The notes: a model not told the origin generated them from the letters alone. Positions 33,144 to 44,010 are shown, counted from the stretch's first letter. The stretch: DNA of 64,000 bases from Polyangiales bacterium (GCA_046351515.1 JAXLYJ010000005.1:50892-114891); one strand, 5' to 3'. Made by a program: numbers and translations.

Positions 33144-33826
33144 TTACTTCTTCAGCCGCGCTTTGAGTGCGGCGATCTCGTCGTCCAGCTGATCTTTCTT
33201 CTCGCCCTTCTCGAGCTTGCGAAAGCGGTCCTCGAGGTCGGCCTTCTTCGGGTCGTCGAGCAGGTCGTGGGCCTCGGCCTCGGCCTCGAGATTCTCGATT
33301 TTGTCCTGCATTTCTTTGAGGCGGGCGAGCGCGGGGTGGCGCCGCCACCGGCCTTGTCGTTGAGCGGGTCCGAGCCGGGCGTCGTGCGCGAGCGGGCGAC
33401 GGCGGCGGCGAGCGACGAGCGCTTGGCCTTGAGCTCTTCGACCTTCTTCTCCATGGCCTCGATCGAGGCCTTGATGTCTTCGGCGTACGTGGTCTGTTGG
33501 CCACGCAGGCGATCGGCTTCGACCGCGTCCGCTTCGGACTTCTTCTTGCGGCGCAGCGCTTCGCGAGCGAGCTCTTCGTCGCCGTGCTCGAGGGCCATCA
33601 TGGCCTTGCGCTCCCAGTCCTCCGACTCTTTGACGTGGTCGGCGACCTTGCGCTCGAGCTGCTTGACCGAGGCGAGCGCTTGAACGTGCTCTTGCTTGGC
33701 CTTCTTCAGCTCGTCCTGCATGTCTTCGATCGTCTGGGCGATGACCTTGGCGGGGTCTTCGGCCTTGTCGATCAGGCTGTTTACGTTGGCTTTGAGCGAG
33801 CGAGCGAAGCGGTCGAGGATCCCCAT
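33144..33826 (-). CDS. pspA: phage shock protein A (PspA/IM30/Vipp1 family)
   Basis: MGILDRFARSLKANVNSLIDKAEDPAKVIAQTIEDMQDELKKAKQ...coiled coil, in ORF 33152..33877. After one frameshift near 33380 the C-terminus LARLKEMQDKIENLEAEAEA...ALKARLKK is in ORF 33144..34070. Confidence 0.85.
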
Positions 33827-34084
33827 GTGAGCGACAACCTCCGAAGTCCTTGAGGGAGAGTTGCGAGACTGTAGCACGTTCGTCCGCGGGAACCGTTCGA
33901 TGCTTCTGCCGGCGTTGGCCGCGAGGCCGCGGTGGCTCGCGCGGACGGCGATCCTCGGCGGATTTCGACCGAGCGCGGCGCGTGCTGGCGTTGTGCTGGA
34001 ATTTCAGCGGCGAAATCATCGCCGACCCGCGCACGAGTCGGTATCGCAGGCGCGGCGACTGTGCCATCATCGCGCGCTCTTCAT

Positions 34085-35053
34085 ATGCTCTCAGGACAAA
34101 CCATCTTTCTCACCGGCGGCGCGGGCTTCATTGGCACCAGCCTCGTGCGACGTCTCTGCGAAAACAACACCTGCGTTGTGTACGACCTGCTGCGCCGCAA
34201 CGCGCTCGCGGCGGCGGGGTTGGACAAGCACCCCAACGTCAAGCTCATCCAAGGCGACGTTCGCGACTACAACGCGATGGCCGAGGCGATGAAGGGCGCT
34301 GACTACGTCGTGCACCTCGCCTCGATCGCCGGCGTCGACACGGTGTTGAAGAACCCGGTCCTGACGATGGAGATCGCGCTCGAAGGCACGGTCAACGCCC
34401 TTCGCGCCGCGCAGAAGCAGGGCGGCTGCAAGCGCTTCGTGGACTTCAGCACGTCCGAGGTGTTCGGCACGCACGCGTATCGCGTGAGCGAAGCGGACCC
34501 GACGAAGCTCGGCGCCGTCGGCGAAGCGCGGTGGACGTACGCGGTCGCCAAGCTCGCGACCGAGCACCTCGCGCACAACTATCACAAGCAGTACGGGCTC
34601 CCGACGGTCAGCATTCGCCCGTTCAATATCTACGGGCCGGGGCAGGTCGGCGAGGGTGCGGTGCACGCGTTCGTGACGCGCGCGATCAAGAACGAGACGA
34701 TCAAGATCCACAACGACGGCGATCAGATCCGCGCGTGGTGCTACATCGATGACATCGTCGACTCGATCCTGCTCTGCATGGAGAAGGAAGAGGCCGTCGG
34801 CCAGGCGTTCAACATCGGCAACGCGCGCTCTTCGGTGACGATCTACCAGCTCGCGCGGCTCGTCGTTCGCCTCGCCGAATCGCGCTCGCCCATCGAGTTC
34901 GTCCCGTGGAACTTCGCCGACGTCGAGCTGCGCATCCCCGACACGCGCAAGGCTCACGACCTCCTTGATTTTCGCGCGCAGGTCGACCTCGAGGACGGCC
35001 TGCTTCGCACGATCGCCTGGTATCGCGAGAAGCTCGCGCGCGAAGGGGTCTGA
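34085..35053 (+). CDS. NAD-dependent epimerase/dehydratase (GalE/UDP-sugar epimerase-like SDR)
   Basis: Rossmann motif FLTGGAGFIGTSL and catalytic YAVAKLATE (YxxxK). 322 aa. Divergent from pspA. Confidence 0.85.
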   Translation: MLSGQTIFLTGGAGFIGTSLVRRLCENNTCVVYDLLRRNALAAAGLDKHPNVKLIQGDVRDYNAMAEAMKGADYVVHLASIAGVDTVLKNPVLTMEIALEGTVNALRAAQKQGGCKRFVDFSTSEVFGTHAYRVSEADPTKLGAVGEARWTYAVAKLATEHLAHNYHKQYGLPTVSIRPFNIYGPGQVGEGAVHAFVTRAIKNETIKIHNDGDQIRAWCYIDDIVDSILLCMEKEEAVGQAFNIGNARSSVTIYQLARLVVRLAESRSPIEFVPWNFADVELRIPDTRKAHDLLDFRAQVDLEDGLLRTIAWYREKLAREGV

Positions 35054-35056
35054 GGA

Positions 35057-36429
35057 GTGCTCGATCGCGACGAACGTCGACTCGACCTGTCCGCCGCCCG
35101 CGCTGACGGTTGGTACGAGCGCGTCGTCGCGAGCTTCGCGCCGCTCGAACGGCTCGCCAACTACCTGGGCGACGGCCTCGTCGCGCTCGCGCTCAGCGCG
35201 GGGTTTCGCATCGGCGCAGTACAGTCGGACAAGCTCGCGGGCACCGTCTCCGAGCTGACCTGGAGCCGCCAGCTTCAGCCGATCGACAGCCCCGAGCAAG
35301 CGAAGATCGAGCTCGGCGCGGACGTCACGCGCGGCTCCGTTGCTTCGCTTCGAACCGCGGTGCTCGCCGCGCTCGTCGGCGACTCGGAGCCCACTGCCAC
35401 CTTGCCCGACGACGGCGAGCCCGATCCTGAGGCGCTGCGCGCGTTCATCGGGCATCGGACCGTGCTGCTCGCGCCGCTGTTTGGCCTGAGCTTGAGCGAG
35501 CTTCGGCTCAGCAACGGCGACGCGCGAGTGGCCGTCGCGCACGATGGAATCGAAGAGGTCGTCGCGCTCAAGCAGCTCCGACGCTTTCTTCGTCAGCGCG
35601 TGGTCGAAGTGCTGCAGGGCGACACCGGGCGCGGGCAGGTCGCCATCGAGCTCGCTCAAGCGGACCTCGCGCGCAGCGCGCTCGACGCGGGCAGGCCCGA
35701 AGAGTCTGTCGCGCGGTTGATTTCGTGGCTCGCGCCGCTCTCGGTGTTTCATCGAACCGCCGAGGGACAAGCGCTCGACCGCGCCACGCGCGCGCTCGGC
35801 TCGCGCGCGCGCTCGGCACGCTCGCCGAGGCGTTTACGCGGCTCAATCGCCTCGACGAGCGCAACGAGGTCCTGCGGCTGTCTCTGCAGTACGCGCTCGA
35901 CGGCGAGGCCGCGCCCGAGCTGTACCTCGCGCTCGCGCGCGCCATGCTCGACGAGAAGCGCGAGCCCGAGGCGATCGGCCCGCTTCGTCGCGCGCTCGCC
36001 CTCGGCGCTGATGAGCTGCGCGTGCTCCCGCTGTTGGGCGTGGCGTTCGCTCGCTCGGGGCGCCTCGTCGCCGCTCTCGGTTGCGCGCGTGCGTTGCGCT
36101 CGAAGGGCGCCGCCGACGCTGCGCTCGACAAGCTCGTTCGCGACGCGCTCGGGCCCGCGGCGGACGAGTTCGAGCACTGGGTCGAGCGCGGTCAGCTCGC
36201 AGAGAAGACTGCGACGATGGCCGCGTTGGTCCTGGATGAAGCGATTCAGCGCAGCGATGCGCTCTCGTCGCGCGAGGCGAGCGTCATCGAGCCCGGCGAC
36301 GAAGAGACCACGCAGATCGCGCTCCCGCCTGCGGCGCCGGAGGACACCGCGATCGATCAGCCGATCGCCGCGATCGCCGCGATCGTCGACGCGCAAAACG
36401 GCTCGTCCGACGGATCGTCGGAGGGCTAG
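35057..36429 (+). CDS. hypothetical alpha-helical (TPR-like) protein; GTG start 1 nt after the epimerase stop; one frameshift ~35800
   Basis: ORFs 35057..36667 (N-terminal part) and 35725..36429 (C-terminal part: LALARAMLDEKREPEAIGPLRRALALGADELRVLPLLGVAFARSGRLVAALGCARALRSKG, TPR-like). Acidic tail. Stop TAG at 36427-36429, directly followed by repeat locus 2. Confidence 0.4.
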
Positions 36430-36640
36430 AGCGGAGCCCGGTTGGAAGGAAGACACGCCACGAGTCATCTCCGGGAAAAGATCCCGAGAGACCTCGTCGC
36501 GTGTCGCCAACCGAAGGCGGAGCTGCTGTTGTGCGGAGCCCGGTTGGAAGGAAGACACGCCTCGAGTCATCTCCTGGAAAAGATCCCGAGAGACCTCGTT
36601 GCGTGTCGCCAACCGAAGGCGGAGCGGCTCTACCGCAGCA
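36430..36640. repeat. tandem pair of 102-bp palindromic repeat units (family A, locus 2) filling a convergent intergenic gap
   Basis: gagcccggttggaaggaagacacgcc[a/t]cgagtcatctcc[g/t]ggaaaagatcccgagagacctcgt[c/t]gcgtgtcgccaaccgaaggcggagc, repeated with period 102 (36434 and 36536). Same arms and orientation as locus 1; the loop region differs. Bounded by the TAG at 36429 (+ gene) and the TAG (reverse complement) at 36630 (- gene). Confidence 0.85.
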
Positions 36641-36935
36641 GTCGACACCCCTCGCGCTGCGAGATGAAGCGGGCGCGGGCGCCCCACGCGAGCACCGCTT
36701 GCGCCTCGACCTCGCGGCGCTCACGGTCGACGCGCACCGTGCGCAGGTTGGGGCTCGCCCTGGTAAATCGCAGGCAAAACTGCTCGTCTTTGTGCATCAC
36801 GAACACGCACGAGCACATTTCTTTGGCCGCGTACGACGTGAGCAAGGCGAGGTCGTGATTGTTGTACGGACGCGGATCACCAGGGCACGCCGCGAGCGTC
36901 GCCCCTGCGATCAACGTGAGCAACGCGCGCTTCAT
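36630..36935 (-). CDS. small hypothetical lipoprotein (101 aa)
   Basis: RBS GGAGGTGG then MKRALLTLIAGATLAACPG lipobox. Cys-containing ~80-aa mature part. Its ATG overlaps the stop of the upstream beta-lactamase-family gene. The rest of the 820-aa ORF 36630..39092 is wrong-frame junk. Confidence 0.45.
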   Translation of the reverse strand: MKRALLTLIAGATLAACPGDPRPYNNHDLALLTSYAAKEMCSCVFVMHKDEQFCLRFTRASPNLRTVRVDRERREVEAQAVLAWGARARFISQREGCRLLR

Positions 36936-38086
36936 CGGGCCACCTCCATCGCGAGGTTGACGAACCGCGCGAACTCGAAGACCCGCTCGCGATCGTCCGC
37001 GAGGCGCACGATCACCAGGTCTCGCGACGGAATCACGGTGATCGACTGCCCCCAGTGTCCGCGCGCCGCAAACGCGTCTTCGGGAACGCCTGGCCACGGC
37101 GTGCTGACGCCCTGCTCGGGGATCGGCTTGTTGAGCCAGAACTGTCTCCCTTGGACGTCGTCGGGGTCCGCGTCGAGCCTGCGCAAGCGGATCGCGGGGT
37201 TGACCGCGGTCGAGTCGGACACCCAGCGTTCGGGCAGGATTCGCTCGTTGTTCCAACAGCCGTCGCGCAAGAGAAAGTAGCCGAAGCGCGCGTAGTCGCG
37301 GGGCGTCGCGTACCACCAGGACGAGCCGATCGGCGTGCCGGTCACGTCTCGCTCGATCGTCGCGCTGGTGATTCCGATGCGATCGAACAGCCTGCGCCAC
37401 GGATAGTCCGGGTCTTCTCCCGCCGCAGTAAACGCGCGGTCGACCGCGCGAGAGAGCACGTTGGTGTCGCCCGACGAGTACATGTACGTCGTCCCGGGAG
37501 CGTCCCTGAGCGGGTGGCTCGCGACGAACGTCGCCGCGTCCGCGCTGCCCACGCCGTACAGCATCGCGAGCACCGAGCTCTCTTGGTTCGACGCGTTCTC
37601 GTAGCTCTCGCGCCAGTCGAATCCCGTGGAAAATTCCAAGGTGTTTCGGATTGTCACAGGGCACTGCGTCGTGCGCAGGTACGGCATCCACCGGCAGATC
37701 GAGTCGTCGATCGTGAGGTAGCCGCGGCCGACGGCGATGCCCGTGAGCGTGTTCATCAAGCTCTTGGTCATGCTCCACGCGTAGTGCGGCTGCTCGGCGG
37801 TCCAGCTGCGCGCGTAGCGCTCGTAGATGAGCTGGCCGCGATGGACGATGAGAACGGCGTCCGTGCGAATCCCCAGGCGTTCGTCGTCTTCGCCCGTGAG
37901 CGTGAACGCGTACTGCTCGAGCGCCGCGATCTCGGCCGCGCGCTGCGCAGAGACCTCCGCCGCGCGCGAGGGCCACTCGACGTTCGGGTACGCGACGTTG
38001 GACGGGCACGAGCTCTGCGCGGACGCCGCTGCGGCAAATGAGAGCGTCGCCAGCAGGCTCACCGTCGATGCGATCGTTGATTTCAT
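36932..38086 (-). CDS. secreted serine hydrolase of the beta-lactamase/transpeptidase fold (class C / esterase-like)
   Basis: Signal peptide MKSTIASTVSLLATLSFAAAASA. SxxK motif in AWSMTKSLMNTLTGIAV; later YSSG (YxN-like) and HWGQ elements. 384 aa. Confidence 0.8.
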   Translation of the reverse strand: MKSTIASTVSLLATLSFAAAASAQSSCPSNVAYPNVEWPSRAAEVSAQRAAEIAALEQYAFTLTGEDDERLGIRTDAVLIVHRGQLIYERYARSWTAEQPHYAWSMTKSLMNTLTGIAVGRGYLTIDDSICRWMPYLRTTQCPVTIRNTLEFSTGFDWRESYENASNQESSVLAMLYGVGSADAATFVASHPLRDAPGTTYMYSSGDTNVLSRAVDRAFTAAGEDPDYPWRRLFDRIGITSATIERDVTGTPIGSSWWYATPRDYARFGYFLLRDGCWNNERILPERWVSDSTAVNPAIRLRRLDADPDDVQGRQFWLNKPIPEQGVSTPWPGVPEDAFAARGHWGQSITVIPSRDLVIVRLADDRERVFEFARFVNLAMEVAR

Positions 38087-38089
38087 GGG

Positions 38090-38785
38090 TCAGAAGCTCC
38101 CTGCCCAAACCGGGACGGTGACTGCGTTGGACGCGGTGATGGCGTTGGCGCTCGCGCGCGCGTCGAGCAGCTGCGACGCTCGAAACAGCGGCGCTCGATC
38201 GGCGAGCACCGTTGCCGAAGGCGCCCGCCGCGCGCGGTGTGTCACGTTCGTCCTCGGCGGCCTGCGCGTTGCCCACGCGATCGTGACCGCGAGCGAGGGC
38301 AGCACGATGGACTCTGCGAGTGTGAAGAGCGCGAGGTTGACGATGTTGCCCATCCACACCCCGCTGAGCGCGCCGATGGCGATGGCGCCCCAGTGCACAG
38401 GGACCGTCGCCATGATCGACGGCCAGAGGTTGTAGCGCCCCGGCTCGTGCAAGTTCATCGCGAGCACCGCGAGCCCGTTGGCGGCGAACGGCGGAGCGAA
38501 GCCGAGCCACAACAGCGCAGGAATCGCGCCGCCAATCAAATCGGGAGAGAGCCTCGTCATCGCGTTTGCGAGCGCGATCGACGTGGGCACGGCGATGATC
38601 GTCGCGCCGACGGACGCGGCGACTCCGTCGACGATGGTGATCGGCTCGGTGCCGGTGTGGGCGGGGCTCGTGAGGGTGACGCGAGGATCGCTCGCGGCGC
38701 TCGATGCGCTCGACGATTGAGCGAGCGCAGGCGCGGTCGAGAGCGTCAGCGTTGCGGCGACGATGAAGGGACGCACGCGCGGCAT
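38090..38785 (-). CDS. hypothetical membrane/secreted protein
   Basis: The internal Met at 38785 begins a signal-like segment MPRVRPFIVAATLTLSTAPALAQS, followed by 4-5 hydrophobic helices. Upstream of it the ORF is Arg/Pro-rich junk. Confidence 0.35.
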   Translation of the reverse strand: MPRVRPFIVAATLTLSTAPALAQSSSASSAASDPRVTLTSPAHTGTEPITIVDGVAASVGATIIAVPTSIALANAMTRLSPDLIGGAIPALLWLGFAPPFAANGLAVLAMNLHEPGRYNLWPSIMATVPVHWGAIAIGALSGVWMGNIVNLALFTLAESIVLPSLAVTIAWATRRPPRTNVTHRARRAPSATVLADRAPLFRASQLLDARASANAITASNAVTVPVWAGSF

Positions 38786-38922
38786 TGTGTCGCGCAGCCG
38801 GCGTCGTTGGAAGGCTCGCGTTGCGCGCGAGAGCATCACGCAGCGCCGAGAACCGGCCCGCCCGCGAATCGAGGGCGATGCCGTCGGTGGCGTCACTGGC
38901 GGCGCCCGTGCTTGTGCGCTGC

Positions 38923-39367
38923 AATGGGAGCGATGGCTGCTCGATCGAGGTTGTTGCGTTGGGCGTGGACGTGGGTCGCTCCGCTCGTGCTGCCGTGGGC
39001 GCTTCTGTTCGCCGCGGTGGCATGGCCGCCTGGGGCGCCGATTCCGCGGCGCTCGATCCCGACGGAGGCGCGTCACGCCGACCGCTGCACATGGGCGTGT
39101 CACAACCGCGGGTGCTCGCATCGACCCGCGCTGCCTGCGGTGATCACCGACGATCGGTACGTCTTCGGCGCGACGATCCGCGCGCTGTACGCGCTCGGGA
39201 CGCTGTTCTCGCGCGACCGATTTCGCGGCTACGGGATCGCCAACATCCTCGTCTTCTGCCTCGCGTGGCCTGCGCTCATGTACGCGCTCTGGGTCTCGGC
39301 GTGGCGCCAGCGCTTTCGCGTCAGCGCGCTGCGCGCGGCGCTCGCCGCGAAGGGAGCGCAGCGGTGA
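38923..39367 (+). CDS. hypothetical small membrane protein
   Basis: MGAMAARSRLLRWAWTWVAPLVLPWALLFAAVAW...ILVFCLAWPALMYALWVSAW. Several TM helices. No family recognised. Confidence 0.3.
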
Positions 39368-39564
39368 TCGACGCGATCGGCGTGGGTTTGTATGCGGCGT
39401 GCGTGGACTTCATGATCCGCTTCGCGAACGCGTTGCATATGACGTATCGAGACGCGAACGCGCTCTTGTTCTTCGTGCTGTGGCCGATCGTGACCGTCGC
39501 GTTGGCGCTCATGTGTTGGCGGCAGGCGCGCGAGATCGAGCGCCTCGAGCGCGAGCTGCGCTGA
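39364..39564 (+). CDS. hypothetical small membrane protein (66 aa)
   Basis: The GTG overlaps the previous stop. VIDAIGVGLYAACVDFMIRF...LLFFVLWPIVTVALALMCW: two TM helices. Confidence 0.25.
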   Translation: MIDAIGVGLYAACVDFMIRFANALHMTYRDANALLFFVLWPIVTVALALMCWRQAREIERLERELR

Positions 39565-41845
39565 TCAGAGCGCGTCGATCGCGGCGAGCGTTCGCTCGGT
39601 GACGGCGTCGATCAGGGAGGCTCCGCCCATCCGTCGAAGCTCCGCGGGATGACCCAGCGGCGCGAGCAGGCTCGTCCCCGCGCCGAATCGAGCCCACGGT
39701 TCGACGACGGTCTCGACGGGGAGCCACGCGACGATCTCGGGATCGCACGCCGTCGCGGTGGTCCGCAGCGATCGATAGCCGGCGGTGATCCACGGCGAAG
39801 CCCTGTCCTTGGCCTCGTCGCTGACCAACGGCCACAGTCGCGAGGCGTGCTCGATGGCCTCTCGCGTCGCGAGCGCCGCGCCCCAGCCGAACATCGCATC
39901 GGCCACAGAAAACGCACGTGCTTCGGCGGTGAGCTCCCACCGCATTCGATCGAGGGCGGCTCGCGAACGAGCTCTTCGAGCGATCGGTCTGCGCCCTGTG
40001 CGAGCTCGATCAGCGCCATGGTCAGCGTCCCGCGCGGAACGAACCCGAGCGTTCGTCGCAATCGCGCTGCGCCCGCTCGCAGCGCCTCGACGGCGAGCGC
40101 GCCGCTCGTCTGCAGCTCTTTGCAACGGACGATCAACGCGTGACCGAGCCACCACTCGCCGAGGCGCTCTTGCAGCGCGATCGCGCGATCGAGCGCCTGC
40201 GCGTCGGCGAAGCGCAACAGCTCGGCGAGCGAAGCGCGTTGCTTGTTCACCGCGTCGCGATCCGCCTCGAACATCGCGTCGATCGCCGCCGTGGCGCAGC
40301 GCGCGAGCAGCGAGCGACCCAACGCGAAGCGCCGCGCGTGCGCCACGAGGACCGGGGTAGGCGGGTCGGTCCACCACGACGGCTCGTCGCGATTCGCTGC
40401 GTCGTTCATCGCTTCGACGAGCAGCGAGGGCGGAAGGCACGCGCGAGGGGCGCCGTTGGGGTGTCGCGCCCGAAGCCACCGATCGGCGGCGCGGTCATCG
40501 TCGAGCGCCGTCGCGATGGCGAACTGCGTCGCTTCGTCCGCGGGCGCGTCGGGCGTGCGTTGAATACTGGTGCGCGCGAGCCACGCGCGCTCCTCGCTCG
40601 GATCCATGGCGCGAAGGCTCATCGCGAGCACGCGCAGCTCGCGCACCGCGTCCGCGTGTCGCTCGACGAACGCGCGAAGACGGCCCTTCGGCGCGAGCGC
40701 GAGCAACGACGCTGGCTCGAACAGGCCGCGCTCGACGCCGCGCTCGACCGCGGACCACCAGCGCTCGCGCTGCGCCTCTTGGGCGCTGACGACGAGTGCG
40801 CGCGCCGTCGAGCCGAGCTGCCCGAGCACCGCTGCGCTCGGCGCGCCGCGGGACCGAGCGATCAGCGCGCGCAGCTCGTCTTCGCTCGAAGCGCGGTCGA
40901 AGGCGATCCGCTCTTCGGCGCTTCGGCCATCGAGGGCGCGAGCGTCGAGGTCGATTTCGAGCGAGGCGACGCCGAGGCGCGCCGCGAAGTCCCACGCTGC
41001 TTCGGCGGTGAACCGCTGCAGCGCGCGCCCGTACGCGCGCAGTCGAAGCGGCGTCACCCACCGCGGTCGCTCGGTCGGATCGCTCGCTCGCTCGACGATG
41101 CGATCGAGCATCGCGCTCGCCTGCGCGAGCTCACCGACGTGCGCGAGCACGAGCAGGACCGGCGCTGCGGGGTCGTCGCTCGCTTCGTACCAGTCCTCGA
41201 CGAAGCCTGGATCTGCGCGCTCGAGCTCGCTCAGCGTCTGCTCGAGCGCGATGGCGGAGTCCCGAGCGTCGTCTGGCGGAAGCGCGAGCAGCACGCGCGC
41301 CATCCACGCGATCTCATCGCCCGAGCCTGCTTCGTCGACCATCGCGAGCGCGGCGCGCGCCTTGGCTTCGAAGACCGCGGACGAGCGCTCGCCGAAGAGC
41401 ACGTACAGCGTCCCGATCAACGATGGAAGCTCGACGGTGCTGCTCTCAGCGATCTCGATCGCGAGCGAGCGCGCGCGCGGATCGCCCAGCGTCGCGCAGC
41501 GCGCGTGATCCAATCGAGGTCGTCGATCTCGCGTCGGAGCGTCGCGACCACCGCTGCGAGCTGCGATGCATCGCTGAGCCAGCGCATCGCGCTCACCGCC
41601 GCGCGGCGCTCGCTCGGATCGAGGTCCGAGAGCTCTTGCACGGCGCTCTCGACGGACTGAGCGCCCAAGCGCACGCGGGCGAGGCGGACGTGGGGCGCGA
41701 CGGCGCTCGCGTGCGCCGCGCGGACAAACGCGTCGAGGCTCGCGTCGCACTCGTGAAGGAGCGCGTCTCGTCGCTCGGCTTCGCTCGACGCAGAGCGCAA
41801 TCGTTGACGCGCCCGGGCGATTCGCAGCTCGACGGAGTCGCTCAC
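39565..41845 (-). CDS. large hypothetical alpha-helical protein (~760 aa), frameshifted
   Basis: Coding-like segments on the minus strand: 41417..41845 (N-terminus MSDSVELRIARARQRL...), 39612..41750 (bulk) and 39565..40479 (C-terminus ...LIDAVTERTLAAIDAL). Acidic/Leu-rich helical content. No motif recognised. Confidence 0.35.
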
Positions 41846-41893
41846 CGCGAGGACTATCGCTGAAAGCGTTGGGCGAAGACAGCCCGTTGCGCG

Positions 41894-44010
41894 ATGGGGG
41901 CGGGCGAGGGGACCATCGGCGCGATGATCTCGGCGGCTCCTGTGATGATCGGCGCGCTGTGCGTGCTCGCGATCGCGTACCGGTACTACTCAGCGTTCAT
42001 CGCGGCCAAGGCGCTCGCGCTCGACGCGGAGCGAGTGACGCCGGCCCACGAATTCAACGACGGGCAGAATTTCGTTCCGACGAACAAGTGGGTGCTGTTC
42101 GGGCATCACTTCGCGGCGATCTCGGGCTCGGGGCCGCTCATCGGGCCGACGCTCGCGGCGCAGTTCGGCTTTGCGCCGGGATTTCTCTGGATTCTGTGCG
42201 GCGTGGTGCTCGCTGGCGCGGTGCACGACTTCGTGATCCTCGTCGCCTCGACGCGGCACGGAGGGCGGTCGCTCGCTGAGATCACCCGCGAAGAGCTCGG
42301 ACGAGTCCCTGGGCTCGTGGCGATGGTGGCGATCTTGACCATCGTCGTCATCGCGATCGCGGGCTTGGGAATCGTGGTCGTCGGAGCGCTCGCCGAGTCG
42401 GCGTGGGGCACGTTTACCGTGGGAGCGAGCGTTCCGATCGCGCTCGCGATGGGGCTGTGGTCGTACAAGATCCGCAAGGGAGCGATCACGCAGAGCACGG
42501 TGTTCGGCGTGATCGCGCTGTTCGCCGCGCTGATCATCGGAAAGCACGTGCAAGACGGCCCGATGGGCGCCTCTTTCGCTTCGACAAGACGACGATCACC
42601 CTCGCCATCGCGGCGTACGGGTTCATCGCGAGCGTGCTTCCCGTGTGGCTCTTGCTCTGCCCTCGCGATTACCTCTCGAGCTACCTCAAGATCGGGACGA
42701 TCGCGCTGCTGGTGCTCGGCGTGATCCTCGTGAACCCCACGATTCAAACGCCGCTGTTTACGCAGTGGATCCACGGCGGCGGTCCGATCGTGAAGGGGCC
42801 GCTCTTTCCGTTTGTGTTCGTGACGATCGCGTGCGGCGCCATCTCTGGCTTTCACGGCCTGGTCGCTTCCGGAACGACCCCGAAAATGATCACCCGCGAG
42901 ACCGACGCGCGCACCATCGGCTACGGCGCGATGCTCATGGAGGGCGTCGTCGGCCTCACCGCGCTCATCGCTGCAAGCTCGCTCCCGGTCAACGACTACC
43001 TCGCGATCAACACGGACCCAGCCGTTCGGATCGTCGCGCCAACCGCTGGGCGTCCGGGCCTCGCGCGCGATCGCGCCGAGCTCGATCGCGTGATCGCGTC
43101 GATGTCCCCACAGGACCGTCGCGCCGTCGGTCTCACCGCGACCGATCCCCGTTCGGTCGAGCAGTTCGCCTCGCGCTCGCTCGCGCTGTCGAAGGTGCTC
43201 AGCCTCTCGAACACCGCCCTCGCGACGGCGGGCTACCACGTCGATCCGCGCGAACACGAGCCGACGGGGCTGTCCAACGAGGACTTCGCGAGGCTCGGCG
43301 TCGCGGTCACCGACCTGCCTCAGCTCGCAGCGAGCACGCACGAGCGCATCGCGGCGCGCACGGGCGGAGGCGTCTCGCTCGCCGTCGGAATGGCGAGGAT
43401 TTTTGCAGGACTTCCGTTCATCAAGGGCGCCAAGGACCTGCTCGCGTACTGGTACCACTTCGCCATCATGTTCGAGGCGCTCTTCATCCTCACCACGATC
43501 GACACCGGCACGCGCGTCGGGCGATTTCTGGTGCAAGAGTTTCTAGGACACTTGTGGCGACCGCTCGCCAAGACCGACTCGGTCCCCGCCGGCGTCCTCG
43601 CCACCGCCATCGTCGTCGGAGGGTGGACGACGTTCTTGCTCACCGGAAGCGTGCAAACCATCTGGCCGATGTTCGGCATCGCCAACCAGCTCCTCGCGGT
43701 GGTCGGTCTCACCGTCGGCACCACGGTCATCCTTCGTCGAAGCGGAGCGAAGTACGCGTGGATCACCGGCGCTCCGCTCTTGTTCGTGGGCACCACCACC
43801 ATCACCGCGGGCGTCCGCGGCGTGCGCGACATCTACTGGCCGCTCACCAAGCGCCCCGACGCTGCGCTGCGCTTTCAGGGCTGGGTCGACACGATCTTCA
43901 CGTCGGTGCTCTTGTGCTGCGTCGTCGTGATCCTGGTCTACGCCGTCAGCACCTGGCGCGAGCTGCTGCGCGCCCGCGCGTCGCGCGCCGAACCCGCGGT
44001 CACGCCGTGA
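41894..44010 (+). CDS. cstA: carbon starvation protein A (peptide/pyruvate transporter family)
   Basis: Full-length CstA similarity (..[11 protein letters not shown].., [29 protein letters not shown], ~16 TM). One frameshift near 42560 joins ORFs 41894..42724 and 42403..44010. Confidence 0.9.

Noticed and set aside
30957-36640. Tandem 102-bp repeats considered as a CRISPR array, or as terminal repeats bracketing a 5.3-kb mobile element
   Set aside because: On CRISPR: only two units per locus, no unique spacers, and the unit is far longer than a CRISPR repeat.

On a mobile element: the two loci are in direct, not inverted, orientation. No transposase, integrase or recombinase lies between them. 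The intervening genes (pspA, epimerase) are chromosomal housekeeping. Each locus is instead explained as filling a convergent 3'-3' gap.
36630-39092. 820-aa minus-strand ORF
   Set aside because: Only the last 101 codons (36630..36935, a lipoprotein with RBS and lipobox) are credible. The rest runs in the wrong frame through the beta-lactamase-family gene (36932..38086) and the membrane protein (38090..38785), and is Arg-rich.
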